Assembly (NCBI GenBank): GCA_043228905.1
Contig: JBHGNT010000005.1
Location: 13,764,001 to 13,828,000, forward strand
Length of the DNA stretch: 64,000 nt
Origin: Azolla caroliniana
Lineage: Eukaryota > Plantae > Polypodiophyta
Direction: 5' to 3'
Under the pieces are notes generated by a model. The model was given only the letters and a program-made list of their open reading frames with translations. It made no database searches and was not told the DNA's origin. The position numbers were made by a program, and so were the translations under genes. Shown here piece by piece: positions 1 through 12,409 of this stretch (within the stretch, counting starts at the first letter, position 1; each line of letters opens with the position of its first letter).

Positions 1-13
1 TCAAAATTTCTTT

Positions 14-3000
14 GTGCAGGATCGATCAACCTACCCCGTCATCCTTGCCCAGCCCTACATCACCGCAGTGAGGATGGAAACAAAGGTTATTGATGATGGT
101 TCGGCTTTCGCGAGAATCAAGAGTCAAGATGGAAGAAAGACTGTCCAATTCTTAACCGTGAGGCCCAACCATGAAAGAAACAAAGAATGCTTGAGGGAAC
201 ATCCAATTCAAGAGATGGATGAAGAGTTTTCCCAGGATTTTTAGATAGGGCTTTTACAGGTAGGGGCTGTGATAGCCCGAGCATAAAAGAAAACCCCATA
301 AATAATAATGTAAATAAAGATATTCCTTGTACAATCTCATCTAATGGTGCTACTTTTATACTAAAAGTAAATAATAATAAAATACAAAATGCTTTCGAGT
401 ACTTTAAGTGTTCTGGATTAATAGATGATGATGAAGAAATTCAGGATATGTTTGAAGAATTAAGTTTTGAAGATACAATAACTCATTTGGAAGCAATGGA
501 AGAAGACAACGAAATCCAAGTTCCTGTCCATTCAATCAAGATGTATGAGGTCATTGAAGAAGTTGCTCGAAAGGATCATGAAGCACATGTACTAACAAAG
601 TCCTATTGTTGCTCCACTTCCAGGGGATAGTGAAAAGGCAATCAAAGAAGCAGCCACAGAGCCAATGATCAGAGACCCACGAAAGGTAGGACATGTGTTT
701 ACTCCAGAAACAATACAAGGGATGAAAATAGGAGGGGGTGACTTCCTATTACCCGCTGAAGAAAAGCAGTTCAGGGAGATGTTAAAAAGGCATGGAAAGG
801 CGTTCGCATTCCAACCGGAGGAAATAGGGTGTGTGGATCCAGAAATTGTGGAGCCCATGGTTATATTCACTATCCCTCATATTCCATGGAACTTTAAGCC
901 AATACCCATGCCTAGGGCTAGAATCCCTCAACTATTAGAACTTTTGAAAGAAAAGATAAGGATGGGTATCTTGGAACCATCGAACGCTCCTTACTCGAGT
1001 CGATGGTTCACTGTGTTAAAGAAAGATGGGCGACTCCGATTTATCCAAGATATGCAACCCGTGAATAAGGTAACAATCCGAAACTCGGGAGTAGGGCCAA
1101 TTGTGGATGAGTTTGTTGAGATGTTTGCAGGAAGAGCTATATATTCAATGGGAGACCTTTATTCCAGGTATGATCAATTTCAACTTGCTATCAAAAGTCG
1201 AGATATAACTTCTATCAAGACACCTATAGGGTTAGTACGGATGTGCACCTTGCCGCAAGGAGCGACCAACTCAGTGGCGCATATGATGAATGGAATGAAC
1301 AAGGTACTTCGTGATTTTATTCCTCATATTACAATGCCTTTTCTAGATGATGTTCCAATTAAGGGATGCAAGGAGGAAGAGAAGAACGAGGAATTGGACG
1401 AAAGTGGTTGCCGTCAATTCGTTGCTGATCATATCAAGGATTGTGAGAAGGTGCTATCAAGGATGGAAGAAGTGCATTTGACCTTATCAGGGGCGAAGTC
1501 AATATTTGGGGCAAAAGAGATATTAATAGTTGGTCATATGTGTGGCCCGTATGGGAGAAAGCCATCCCCAACCAAGGTCAATGCAATTCAAAATATGCAA
1601 GAGGAATGTACATCCATCTCAGAAGTACGAAGGTTTTTGGGGGTATGTGTTTTTTACTGTAAATGGATTCCGCATTATGCCCATTTATCTGAACCTTTAT
1701 ATAGACTCCTAAGAAAAGGAGAGACATTTGAATGGAGTGAAGAGCATTCAGAGGCAATGAAGAAATTGAAGTACTACTTGGCACAATCTCCACCATTAAA
1801 GCAACCAGACTACACCCGGCCCATATATCTCACAGTAGACTCTAGTCCCATTGGAATTGGATGGGTGATAAGCCAACAAGATAGGGAAGAAAGGTATCCA
1901 GTCCGATTCGGGGCAAAGGTTCTTAGTGGTCGACAAAGAAAATATGCACAGGTGAAAAGAGAGCTATGAGGGATAGTAACAGTTGTAAAGACAGACAGAG
2001 ATTACTTAATTGGTGCTGAAGTAATAATAGAAACAGATTGTTTGCCTATTCTGGGTATCATAGCTAATTGTGATATTCCAGATCAAGCCATGTTAAGATG
2101 GTGTATCTATATTAGATCAATCAACCCTGAAGTTCGACATATCTCTGGGAATAGAAATGCAGTAGCAGATATGTTATCAAGAGCAAGGTATGAGGAAGAG
2201 GAGATTCCAGACTCGGACGATGAGGACAAAGAACAAATAGTCCTTACCACAAGCATTACTCGGGAAGGAGGAATGCAGTTTCTAGAAGAGGAGTATGAAG
2301 AAGAATTCAAGGAAATAGGGAAATACCTACAAACCCCTGACAAGTACAAAGGTCGATCTGGAAAAGAGTTCGCACAGTTTCGCAAGAAAGCCCATAAGTT
2401 CTTCCTGCATGAAGGATATCTATGGCGACATCTGAAAACCAAGAATGGAAACCCGCAAAGAGTAATAGGTTCTGAAGGGCAAAGAAAGGAGATAATCAGA
2501 GAGCTGCATGACAAAGAATGGGCTGGTCATCGAGGAGTGTGGGCCACTTTTAGTAAGATTAAAGAACGATTTTGGTGGCCTCAATACTATGAGCAAATAA
2601 AAAAGTATGTGGAAACTTGTCCCACTTGTCAATATTATTCAAATGTAAAATTTTGTGATGAATTACACCCAACATACTCACCGGGGGTGCATTACAAGTG
2701 GATGATAGATTTGGTAACAATGCCACTTGGAGTAGGACAAAAGAGATACTTGGTTCTTGCTAGAGAAGATCTAACAAATCAAGTGGAAGGTCGTTCATTG
2801 AGAACAAAAGGGACATTAGGAGTATGTCAATTCATCTTGGAGGACATTGTTTGTAGATATGGATGTATCGGGAAGATAGTGGCAGATAGGGGAGAACTCA
2901 ATTCTGCGGAAGCTCAAGATTTTTTCGACAAAATAGGAATTCGGCTTTCTTTGACAACGGCGTACAATCCAGAAGGTAATGGAAAGGTAGAAAGGGGACA

Positions 3001-3673
3001 TGGGCCAATAGTCAAAGCTTTGGCAAAGACATGTAGAGGACGGGTTAGTGATTGGCCAAAAACCTTACCCTATGCACTATGGGCTGATAGGACAACTCAC
3101 AGCACTGTTACTGGATATATGCCTGCAGAATTAATCACAGGACAGAAGCCAATAATGCCAATTGAAGAAAAGATAACTACATGGGTTGTGTTGCCTTGGG
3201 AATCGGAAATGAGTAGGGAAGATTTACTTGCGGTTCGAATACGACAACTTCAATTAAGGATAGAAGACATAGAAAAAGCAGCTACTAGATTGAAAGAGGC
3301 AAGAATCAAGAATAAGGACAGATTTGACAAGATGAAAAGAATACGACCAAGAAAGGTGCAAGAGGGAGATTGGGTATTAGTATATGATAATAGCCTAGAT
3401 AATCAATACAGTACTATTCGGAAGTTTGCAAAAAGATGGTTTGGACCTTATGAAGTTAGGAAAATAACAGATAAAGCCACATATTTCCTCAACGAATTAG
3501 ATGGGACAAAAATTCGTATCCCAATTGCAGGAAAAAGGATTAAAATATTTAAAAGGAGGGAATCATTAGGGCCTGAATTTTATGAAGAAGTAGAAGAACT
3601 AAAAGAATCGGAAGAAGTGTTGGATGAACTCTGCACAACCAATGTGCAAGTTCAGAGGGGGTGGGTGTCGTGA
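14..3673 (+). pseudogene. Gypsy A PR / RT-RNaseH-integrase polyprotein, disrupted
   Basis: ORFs 14-244, 448-630, 665-1969, 2042-3673; small deletion/frameshift near 600, TGA at 1967 where homologues have TGG (ELWG). Confidence 0.9.
235..297 (+). other. Putative -1 frameshift signal (GGATTTT + TAG, stem/pseudoknot), element A
   Basis: Slippery heptamer 235-241; GGGCT 248-252 pairs with AGCCC 274-278; loop GGGG 263-266 can pair with CCCC 294-297; -1 frame open into ORF 448-630. Confidence 0.75.
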
Positions 3674-4567
3674 AGAATGTGCTTCACGATATAAAAATGA
3701 GCTTAAATGTTGTATTTAATAATATTTGAGAGACTTGAACCCACATCCTTATATACGATGTACAATGTACATACCACTAGGCTAGGCTATTTATTTGTAA
3801 AAGTGTGTAATAAATGTGCTTCATGATATAAGAATGAAGCTATATATTGTATTAAGTAAAATTGAGGGACTTGAACCCTCAACCTTGTATACCAAGCACC
3901 AAGCATACACCACTAAGCTAGGTTAGTTATTTTAGAATGCATTTTCATCATTATAATTATCTCATATCTATTTTCATACATTGCCATCATTCATCACATG
4001 CAATGCATGTGCGCCAAATGGCGATCATGCATTACATGTAACTCATGCATGCCATGCTCCCATACATTACCATATGCATGGCAACACTTATATAAGAGGG
4101 GAAAGGGAAAACAAGGAAGGGAATCAAGAGAAAGGGAGAGAAATAAGATAATTAAAAAAACAAACAAGTTAGCTTATTGGTGAAGAGGCTCGTGTTTTCA
4201 AGTTGGAGTGAAGAGTTCGAATCAAGGGTCGGTAGAGAAAGGGTTCATCTTGCTACCAAACATCGTAAAGTTGGTAAAATCTTGTATTCGTAATACATAT
4301 CATATACTTTTTTGTCTTAAATCATACTTTGTCTCTATCTTGCGTCTTGAATCATACATTGCCTCTATCTTTTATCTATACTAGTCTCTCTCTCACACAT
4401 ATTACTTTAAACTATTATTCTTCATATCCTTTATCTTCCTAACATTTGAGCGCAAGCCTTATAAAAGTTCCTTCAACTCCCCTTAACCTTAGTCCCTGCG
4501 ACTTCGCCGCACGAACCACAACTACCCCGACACCGCATAAAGTCTTAGCTTGCGGTATCATTCGACA
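3666..4567 (+). repeat. 3' LTR of Gypsy A (~900 bp)
   Basis: TGTCG/CGACA inverted ends, preceded by PPT; TATA (TTATATAAG) ~4088; ~136-bp tandem duplication at 3675-3930. Confidence 0.88.
3724..3926 (-). promoter_or_regulatory. Two tandem tRNA-like modules (Pol III A-box/B-box) antisense within LTR A
   Basis: Minus strand: TAGCCTAGTGG...GGTTCAAGTC (3784-3732) and TAGCTTAGTGG...GAGGG-TTCAAGT-CCCTC (3920-3864), tRNA-like spacing. Confidence 0.6.
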
Positions 4568-6480
4568 TGAAGGATCTTGGAGACCTTCATTACTTCCTCG
4601 AGATCTAAGTGATCCGTACCCCCAAAGGTATATTGATCAGCCAGCGTCATTACGTGCTGAATATGCTCTTCAAGTTCGGGATGGCAACCTGTAAGCCCAT
4701 CTTGAGCCCTCTAGACAGAAATGTAAAGCTTCGCCGAGATTCGGGAAAGGTGTGTGACCCGACACGGATTCGACAAATTGTCGGAAGCGTCATCTATTTG
4801 ACGATTACTCGGCCGGATCTCAGCTACCTGGTCGGCTTAATTAGTCAATTTATGTTGCAGCCTAAGGCCAAACACTTTCAGTGCGCGCAAAGGATATTGC
4901 GATATGTCAGCGGCACGAAAGACATGGCGTTGCTATATCATGTAGACGTAGCCGAACAGTTGGTTGGCTACGCTGATGCCGATTGGGCCGGAAACGGTAG
5001 TGATCGTAGATCCACATCCAGATACGCCTTCTCCTTAGGAAATGCAGGATCGCGTGGAGCAGAAAAAAGCAGCCGAACATGGCACTGTTGAGCACGGAGG
5101 CCGAATATCGAGGGGCGACTATCGCTACGTGCGAAGTCATTTGGCTGAAACGGCTATTACGGGATCTGCATGTACAGGTGTCTAATCCGACGTCAATCTA
5201 TTGCGACAATCTTAGTAGTATCCACCTTGCGGAAAACCCTGTGTTCCACATCCGGACCAAGCACATTGATGTACATTACCATTTTGTCCCCGAACTAGTC
5301 CTTTCAAGTGAAGTCGAACTAGCGTATGTTCCGACGGATCGGCAGGTGGCCGACATCTTCACCAAGCCTCTTCGTCTTGACAAGTTACAACATTTCTCAA
5401 GTGAGCTAGGGTTGCGTCCCCTCGACACGCCGAACTTGAGGGGGAGAAAGAAAGAACAGGAACAAGAGCATGAAAGGAGCGGAGGTGCTCACCACGGCGG
5501 AAGTAACCGTGACGCATAATCAGATGAAAATTTGATTTCGGGATGGTTGAAGAAGCTGAAGAAAAGAACAAGGGCCATAACCATAGGGAGGAGCCAAGGA
5601 TTGCCAAATCAGGGTGAGATACATCCAAGAAGGGCGTAAAGGCCAAGACCAAGACGTGGTCTAATGTACTCAAAGTCCTAAAGACAAGAGACAAATTGGC
5701 GACAGCCAATTCGGATGAGAGCGGATTTGAACCTGAAGTGTTTGATTCAATCGGAATGTTCAATACGGATACGCGAAATCAACTGAAAGACAAACGGAGA
5801 AAAGGGCAGCGAAGGACGCGCCAACGAAGGGCTGAACAAGCAGACAAGCCGACCGGAAGGGTCAAAGTGCGCGGAATCGAACGGGTCGAGGAGCTCGAGC
5901 GAGGCGTGAAGCCAGAAGGAACTGGAGTGTAGATTCGGAAGAGCGGATGGAACCTCATGTTAAGCTTGAGGGTGAGTGTTGAGTAACAAGCTCAACATTG
6001 GGTGCATAATACGACGCATAACCTAGTGCGTAGACTGGACGCGCAAGTTAGTATGCATAACTTGGCCGTATCGGTGCATAAACCGAAAGGCCGTTAGAGG
6101 GATATTCCTCGTAAGGAATAATTTTGGGAGCGAGTGTCAAGGCTCATTTATGAGCAATCAAGTATTGTCAGTAATTGTGTCAGTCTGATAGTCAGGGCTT
6201 GTATAAAAGGTGCTCACTGAGCACGAAGAATGTACAAAGCATCATTATTTTGAAATAGAACTGAGTTGTCTGGTCTCTCTTTGTCTATGTCTCTCCATCT
6301 CCATCTCCATCTCTGTGTTTTCCGTGTTTTACCGAACTATCTTATTTCCGAATTGTGTACTTTGTGTTTACGCACACACTTATGCACACATATTCTTTTA
6401 CATGGTATCAGAGCATGAGGGTTGAAGTCCTCTGCAGCCGACAAGAAAATCTTGCAACAAAACAGAGTTGAAGTTGAAAC
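4568..6480 (+). mobile_element. Ty1/Copia element B: RT end, RNaseH, charged extension, LTR 5977-6402, then PBS and start of a second internal region
   Basis: TRPDL, YADADWAG, STEAEY, RTKHIDVHYHF motifs; PPT GCTTGAGGGTGAG before TG at 5977; CA at 6402 followed by TGGTATCAGAGC; LTR homologous to 47970-48400 and 60303-60683. Confidence 0.9.
6403..6414 (+). other. Primer binding site, tRNA-iMet
   Basis: TGGTATCAGAGC directly after the LTR end. Confidence 0.9.
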
Positions 6481-6509
6481 TTGCAACAAAACAGATTTGA
6501 GTTGAAAAG

Positions 6510-6782
6510 CTTGGTGAAGATGTTTGTTGTCTGAAGATTCGTGTTGACGTGTTGAAGGTCGACATCTCCGGCCTGTACACGCTCTCAAATGAAGTGATAG
6601 TGCACTTCGATATGCTTTGCGCGCGCATGGAACACCCAATTCCGAGCCAAATAAATAATGTTCATGTTGTCGCAATAGAGGGGAGTCGGATCCTTGATGG
6701 GAACGCCCAAATCTTTCAAAATCCTCTTGCGCCATACGGCTTCACATGTAGTCACGGCTACGCCCCTATATTCGGCCTCAGT
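6510..6782 (-). pseudogene. Copia RNaseH fragment (family of C/F)
   Basis: TEAEYRG...ARAKHIEVHYHF; highly similar to 8020-8290. Confidence 0.85.
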
Positions 6783-7030
6783 TGTCATGGAAATGCATGC
6801 TTGCGGGTTGGTTTAACGGAACCACCGGGGTCTTTGACCGGGTAGAATGAATTGGGTGACTTGTGCTTGAAAGGAATCGTCTGTTTAGGTTTATAGTCAA
6901 GTCGTTCTTTGTTGTCAAAGATGCTTGTGCGGGTTGGATGAGAGAGAGAGAGAGAGAGATTGATTGATTGATTGAGAAAGTATTTACCACACCACAAAGA
7001 TGTCGAGAAGCATGTAACACACCTGCCAAA
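6783..7030 (-). repeat. Gypsy LTR 3' (U5) fragment
   Basis: Ends ...CATGACA on minus; 6783-6938 aligns with the LTR end at 29415-29560; contains (GA)n. Confidence 0.65.
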
Positions 7031-10000
7031 TGTCGCGATGTGCGCGTCACACGTGCGCCGACTATCACCGGGCCTCTATCCGCAAGTGGTGATGGAGGAT
7101 CGTTCAAGATAATGAAACGGGAACGTGAGTGTCCGCACCGGAAGGACTCAATGTTTTACTAGCGCAAACGAGAAAATATTGAAGATAGATAGGTAGAGAC
7201 GGAAACTCCAATTCCGGGTTTGAACCCTTGACTTCAATGTTGAAAAACAAGACACGTCACCAATATGATAACTAGGTTTTTATTATTATTATCTTGATTT
7301 AGTACATAGCTTCCTTCATTCGCCCTCCTTTCTCTTCCTTTTTGTAAAGAATCGTATATGATTCTTGTGCAGCAGAAGAGATGTGTGTTATGTGTATGTG
7401 TGAGAGGAAAGAAATGTGAGAAGAAAAAACACAAGATATATTAGATAGAATAGAAAATAGAATATTCAAGAAGAAAATGTATATTCACAAGGAGAATATG
7501 AGATACAAAATGTAGCATTACAAGGAGTCACAACCGACACTATATGATGTAGGAGAAGGGTGCTTTATATAAGGTCGCCCTCTCTCTTCATTAACTCACT
7601 ACAACAACTACTCTCTCTTAGGGAATGTGAAGATTCATAGTCATGGGGAATATGGAACTCATTAGTTATGTGTCATAGAATATGATTCACTCTATGACAC
7701 ATAGTTAATGTGTAGAGAGTAGTGGTGTGACTCTTGACCTTTGAGTGATCATAGATTCTCAAAGTGTGTGTTCACACATTGCACTAGGTTGAGCTTGATT
7801 CTCAACACGCCCCCTCAAGCTCAACTTGGGTCATTTCCTTTCGGTTGATGTCCGCTTCGGCTGTTATCCGATTTAGACGATCTCCGGTGTCCAGTTGGGC
7901 TCGTACCCGGTTTAGACAGTATCCAGTTTTTTATTGTACTCCCCCCTCAAGCTTGTCAAATCAGGGATCGTCAATCCAAGGTCTAACATGAATTGCCTAA
8001 GCTTGTCGGCTCCTAGGGCTTTTGTAAAGATGTCGGTTGTCTGAAGATTTGTGTTGATGTGTTGAAGGTCGACATCTCCGGCGTGCACACGCTCTCGAAT
8101 GAAGTGATCAAGCACTTCGATATGCTTTGTGTGCGCATGGAACACCGGGTTCCGAGCCAAATATATATTGCTCATGTTCTCGCAGTAAAGGGGAGTCGGA
8201 TCCTTGATGGGAACGCCCAGATCCTTCAAAATACTCTTGAGCCAGACGGCTTCACATGCAGCCACGGTTGCGCCCCTGTATTCGGCCTCCATGCTCGAAA
8301 GTGCGATGGTAGGCGATGATCTTACACCCATTAAAGAAGCTTCTTGAGATCTTACCAAACTAAACATAGTGAAATGCAGAGGCAAAAAAGAATGAATTAG
8401 AAAATCGATAGAATAACTGAAATAAAGAAAATGATCTCTTTCAAGGCCTGTCTCCTATCTCTTCATTCATAAACATTCTTGCTACTTACTACTCCAAGGT
8501 ATTGCTCCACTACCGAGCGAGAAGACAAGTACAAAGGTCAATCATCGATCGGCTCTGTAGCCAACCTAGTCGGCATCTTTGTACCCTTCGAGTTGAATCG
8601 GTGTGGCCGATTCGTAGAGAATACCAGAATCCATTATTCCACTCATGTATCCCGCAGAGTTTGCATGAATTGGCTAAGGAGGCCGGCCGGATAGCTCAGG
8701 TCGGGTCAAGCGATCGTGAGGTAGATGAGACTCCCAATTAGTTGTCAATACTGAGTCGGCTTGCACTATTCCATGCCAGAGTCGGCATCTAGTTTGAGGT
8801 TTCGATCGAGAGGGGTTGCCACAGATTTGCACTCAGTCTCCTGAACTTGTATTATAAGGTGAGGATGTAGTGTCGTTGAGAGATCATAATGCCATCTGGA
8901 GTCTGAATTGCCTCGATGCCAAGGAAGTAATGGAGATCCTTCATGTCCATCATCACGAATTTGTTGCAGAGGAGGGACTTCACCTTGTTGATGTCGACTA
9001 AATGGTCACCTCCAATAACCATATTATTCACATATAGGATGATGACAATCGGGCTTCTAGAGTCATTTTGTACGTAGGGGGAGTTGTCGGATTTCGACAT
9101 TTGAAAGCTGATTTGATGAAGATATTGCATTATCTTCGAATGCCAAGCATGTGGTGTTTGTTTAAGGCCGTAGAGAGGCTTCTTGAGTTGGCAGACGTCT
9201 TTCAGATGAATGTTGGATTTGAAGTCGGGTGGTTGTACCATGTACACCTCCTCTTCTAATTCGCCTTAAAGAAAGGCATTCTGGACCTCCATCTGCTGGA
9301 CATGCCACCCTTTCACTACTGTGAGTGCGATCATGGTCCGCATAGTTGTCATCTTTGCCACCGGGGCAAAATTCTCTTCGTCGTGGAGTCTATGTGTCAG
9401 TGCGTATCCTTTCACTACGAGTTGAGCTTTGTAGTGGTTTATGAAACCGTCGGCATTATACTTCACCTTATATATCCATCTGCAACTAATTGCCTTCTTG
9501 TGCGGTGAGTGGGGAACAAGATCCCATGTCTCGTTCTTCCATAGTGCCTGCATCTCCTCATTCATTGCTTTGACCCATCGTGGATCCTTGGTTGCTTCCG
9601 AAGAACTTTCCGGTTCTCGAACTGTCACCACCTTCATCCTAAAGGCATAGTGGTATGGCATATAATCATTGTCGCTGAATCGGCTAACAAGATTCTTCTC
9701 ACGGGTGGAGCGACGAAGTTTTTCATTTTTTATGGCAATGGATTTCTTTACACCGGATGTCCTCATGATAGGTACATTGAAGCCACTCAACTCACTGTCG
9801 AGGGAGTGAGTCGATTTATTGCCGTAGAAGTGATCGTCTTCATATTCCAGCATTTTCACCTTGCCTTTGTCCATCTTTGGACTAGGCCTAGATGTGCTTT
9901 GGTCACTTGGGGGCTCTTGTGGCCCACTAGGTCTTGTCGTAATCGGACTTTCTTTGAACATGTGTTCGAGTCGATCTCCATCTTCTATCTCATGTTCGGC

Positions 10001-12409
10001 GGATTCCGGGTCAACTGGAAATGGTTCAGGAGGATTCGGCTCGGGTGGTAACCATGATGTTGATTCGTTGTAGACTACATCTCAGCTTACACAAACCTTC
10101 CAAATAGAGGGATTATAGCACTTGTACCCCTTTTGCTCCAGTGAGTATCCAACGAGGATACATTTTTCTGACTTCGGGTCGAGCTTTTGTCACTTCTCGT
10201 TGGGGATGTGCACATATGCAATGGCGCCAAATATCCAAAAATGTGATACATTGGACTTCCTTTCGAAAAATTTCTCGTGCGGGCATGCACACCAGATGTT
10301 CTACACCGGTTCATTAGGTAGACGGCAATGTTGGCGGCTTCTGCCCAATACGACTTTGGCACGTGCTTCACGTTAAGCATGGGCCATGCTACTTCGATTC
10401 TTTCGTTCCACTACTCCATTCTATTGTGGCCTATGTCGACATGAAAACTCGTGTCTAATTCCGTATTTCCGGAGAAAGCCGAAAATTTGTCGGAGAAGTA
10501 CTCTTTTCCTCCATTCAACCGAAGACATCGTACATGACAACCGGTTGTCTTTTCGACTTCGTTTTAGAATTCTGGAAATGTTTGAACACTTCGCTCTTTT
10601 GCCGCATGGGGCAGATCCAGGCGTGCCCTGAGAAGTCATCGATGAAGGTCACGTAGTATCGACATCCGCCGAATGTAGCCGTTTGAGACGGTCCCCATAC
10701 ATAAGAATGAATTACGTCCAATATGCCTTTGTTCATGTTCCTCTCCTTCAGAAATAGGTGTCGATGTTGCTTGCTGAATTGGCATGTTGCACATATGCCT
10801 TCAATCTCTTTCTCTTTGAAGTTCGGGAGTCCGATGACGACTCCTTTCGATTGCATTTCCTTGAGCTTTTGGAGGTTGATGTCGCCAATCCGTTTATGCC
10901 ACAACTCTATGTCGATGTCAGCTTTGGTGCGAGTCGAGAATGAACATTGGGCCCTCTCTTCGTCCGCGAGTGATGAATCGACCCTCTTTTTTGACAAAGC
11001 AACAACCTTGATTAAATCAAACTTGCATACCTTGCTCAACAATTTGGCCGACGGAGAAGAAATTCTTCGTAATGGTAGGTACTTGCAAGACATTCTTAAT
11101 GTAAGTTTGGTTACCTTCTTTTCCAAATGGTACATTGCCGATGTGTCGAATCGTATGAGTGGTGTCGTCTCCAGTTTCGACATAGTTGGGTTCGTCCGGC
11201 ACTCGAAGTTCTAGGAACCATTCTTAATGAGACGTCACATGGTTCGAGGCACCAGAGTCGACGATCCATACATCTTCCGGACCGGAGGAACTAGTTGAGG
11301 TAAAAACTGACATAGAATTTGCTCTATGTCTCATCACGAACATTCCGCCATGGTCGTCATAGTCGGAGTTGGTGGCGTAATTCGTGAGTTGTCGGCTAGT
11401 GGAACCGACTCGTGCATCTTCTTTCAGCACTCTTCTTCATGGTGGCCGATTTTGCCGCAATATCCACATTTGATCGAGGTTTGTCAGCTCGGGCCGGAAT
11501 GGAAGCTCCCCCGTCTTCTCAAGGTTCCTCAATGGCGCTTTCGTCTAGTTGCCGAAATTGGGAGTTGTTTTCATGAAGCGGACCTCATCCGCCTCATCCT
11601 TGGCCGAATCGGCCTCTTGCTGAGTTGCGTCCTCTTCCTCCATTCGAATGCATGTAGAGCATGTGACCTTCCGAGGCATTGCTCCTTGTTCAAACATGGT
11701 TTTCTTCAACCAACAACATGGATTGAAAATTGAAGAAAGAGGGAGGATTCTCCCGTGCTAGTACGACAGTCCTCATCGTGCCAAACCGTGGTGCAAGGCC
11801 ACCGAGGTATATTTGCACCATCTCATCATCGTCCACATTGACGCTTACTGAGCCGAGTGAGTTACAAAGCTCCTTGATCTTCAAGGTGTGGCTTGTGATC
11901 GACATTTCCATTTCTTGCAAATTATTCAACTCTTGACGGAGTTGAAGCTTTCTTGCGGTTGTGCTGGTGGAGAAAAACTTCCCTAGATTCCCCCACGCTA
12001 CCGTCGACATCATGGCTTCTCGAATGTAGCCAAGCATGTGATCATGAACACACGTCACCAAGCAATACATCATTCGGCTTGCTGCTATTGTGTGATTTTT
12101 TACACACGATAAGAAAAGTAATGAAATAATTGTGTTAGGTTAGCTTAAATGGCTTAGTACGAAAGATGGATGTCTTCAAGGGCTTCCAAACACATTTTAC
12201 TACATATGAAACGGATAACTAAGTATCAAGCTATGTGACTATGAAGTTTGAGAAGATGAGGAAAACAAAATTGTGAGATATCCCACATAGTTAGGAAAAC
12301 ATCGGATCCAACAGTATATAGGCAGAGCCATAATACATTACTTCATATCTTTGTGTTTGAAGCACTAAATGACCAAGGTGAGCAGGGTTGAACTGTGTGG
12401 ATGGTTTGT

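Larger units (their letters stand above)
1..4567 (+). mobile_element. Ty3/Gypsy LTR retrotransposon A (non-chromovirus, Phygy-like), 3' part; inserted in Copia B
   Basis: Domain order PR (14-244), RT/RH (665-1969, PFLDD), IN (2042-3673, zinc-finger H/C residues, GPY motif); PPT AGAGGGGGTGGG then an LTR TGTCG...CGACA; flank resumes in Copia RT (MKDLGDLHYFL). Confidence 0.92.

Noticed and set aside
242-250. Stop-codon readthrough between PR and RT
   Set aside because: The downstream coding frame is -1, not 0, and the stop varies (TAG/TAA) among copies.
3860-3926. Functional tRNA gene
   Set aside because: No convincing acceptor stem and a weak D-stem; reported only as a tRNA-like module.
6100-6107. 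P1BS in a Copia LTR as phosphate regulation
   Set aside because: Single 6-informative-base match expected by chance; sibling LTRs at ~48271 and ~60604 read GAATATCT, and it is 30 kb from PHT1.
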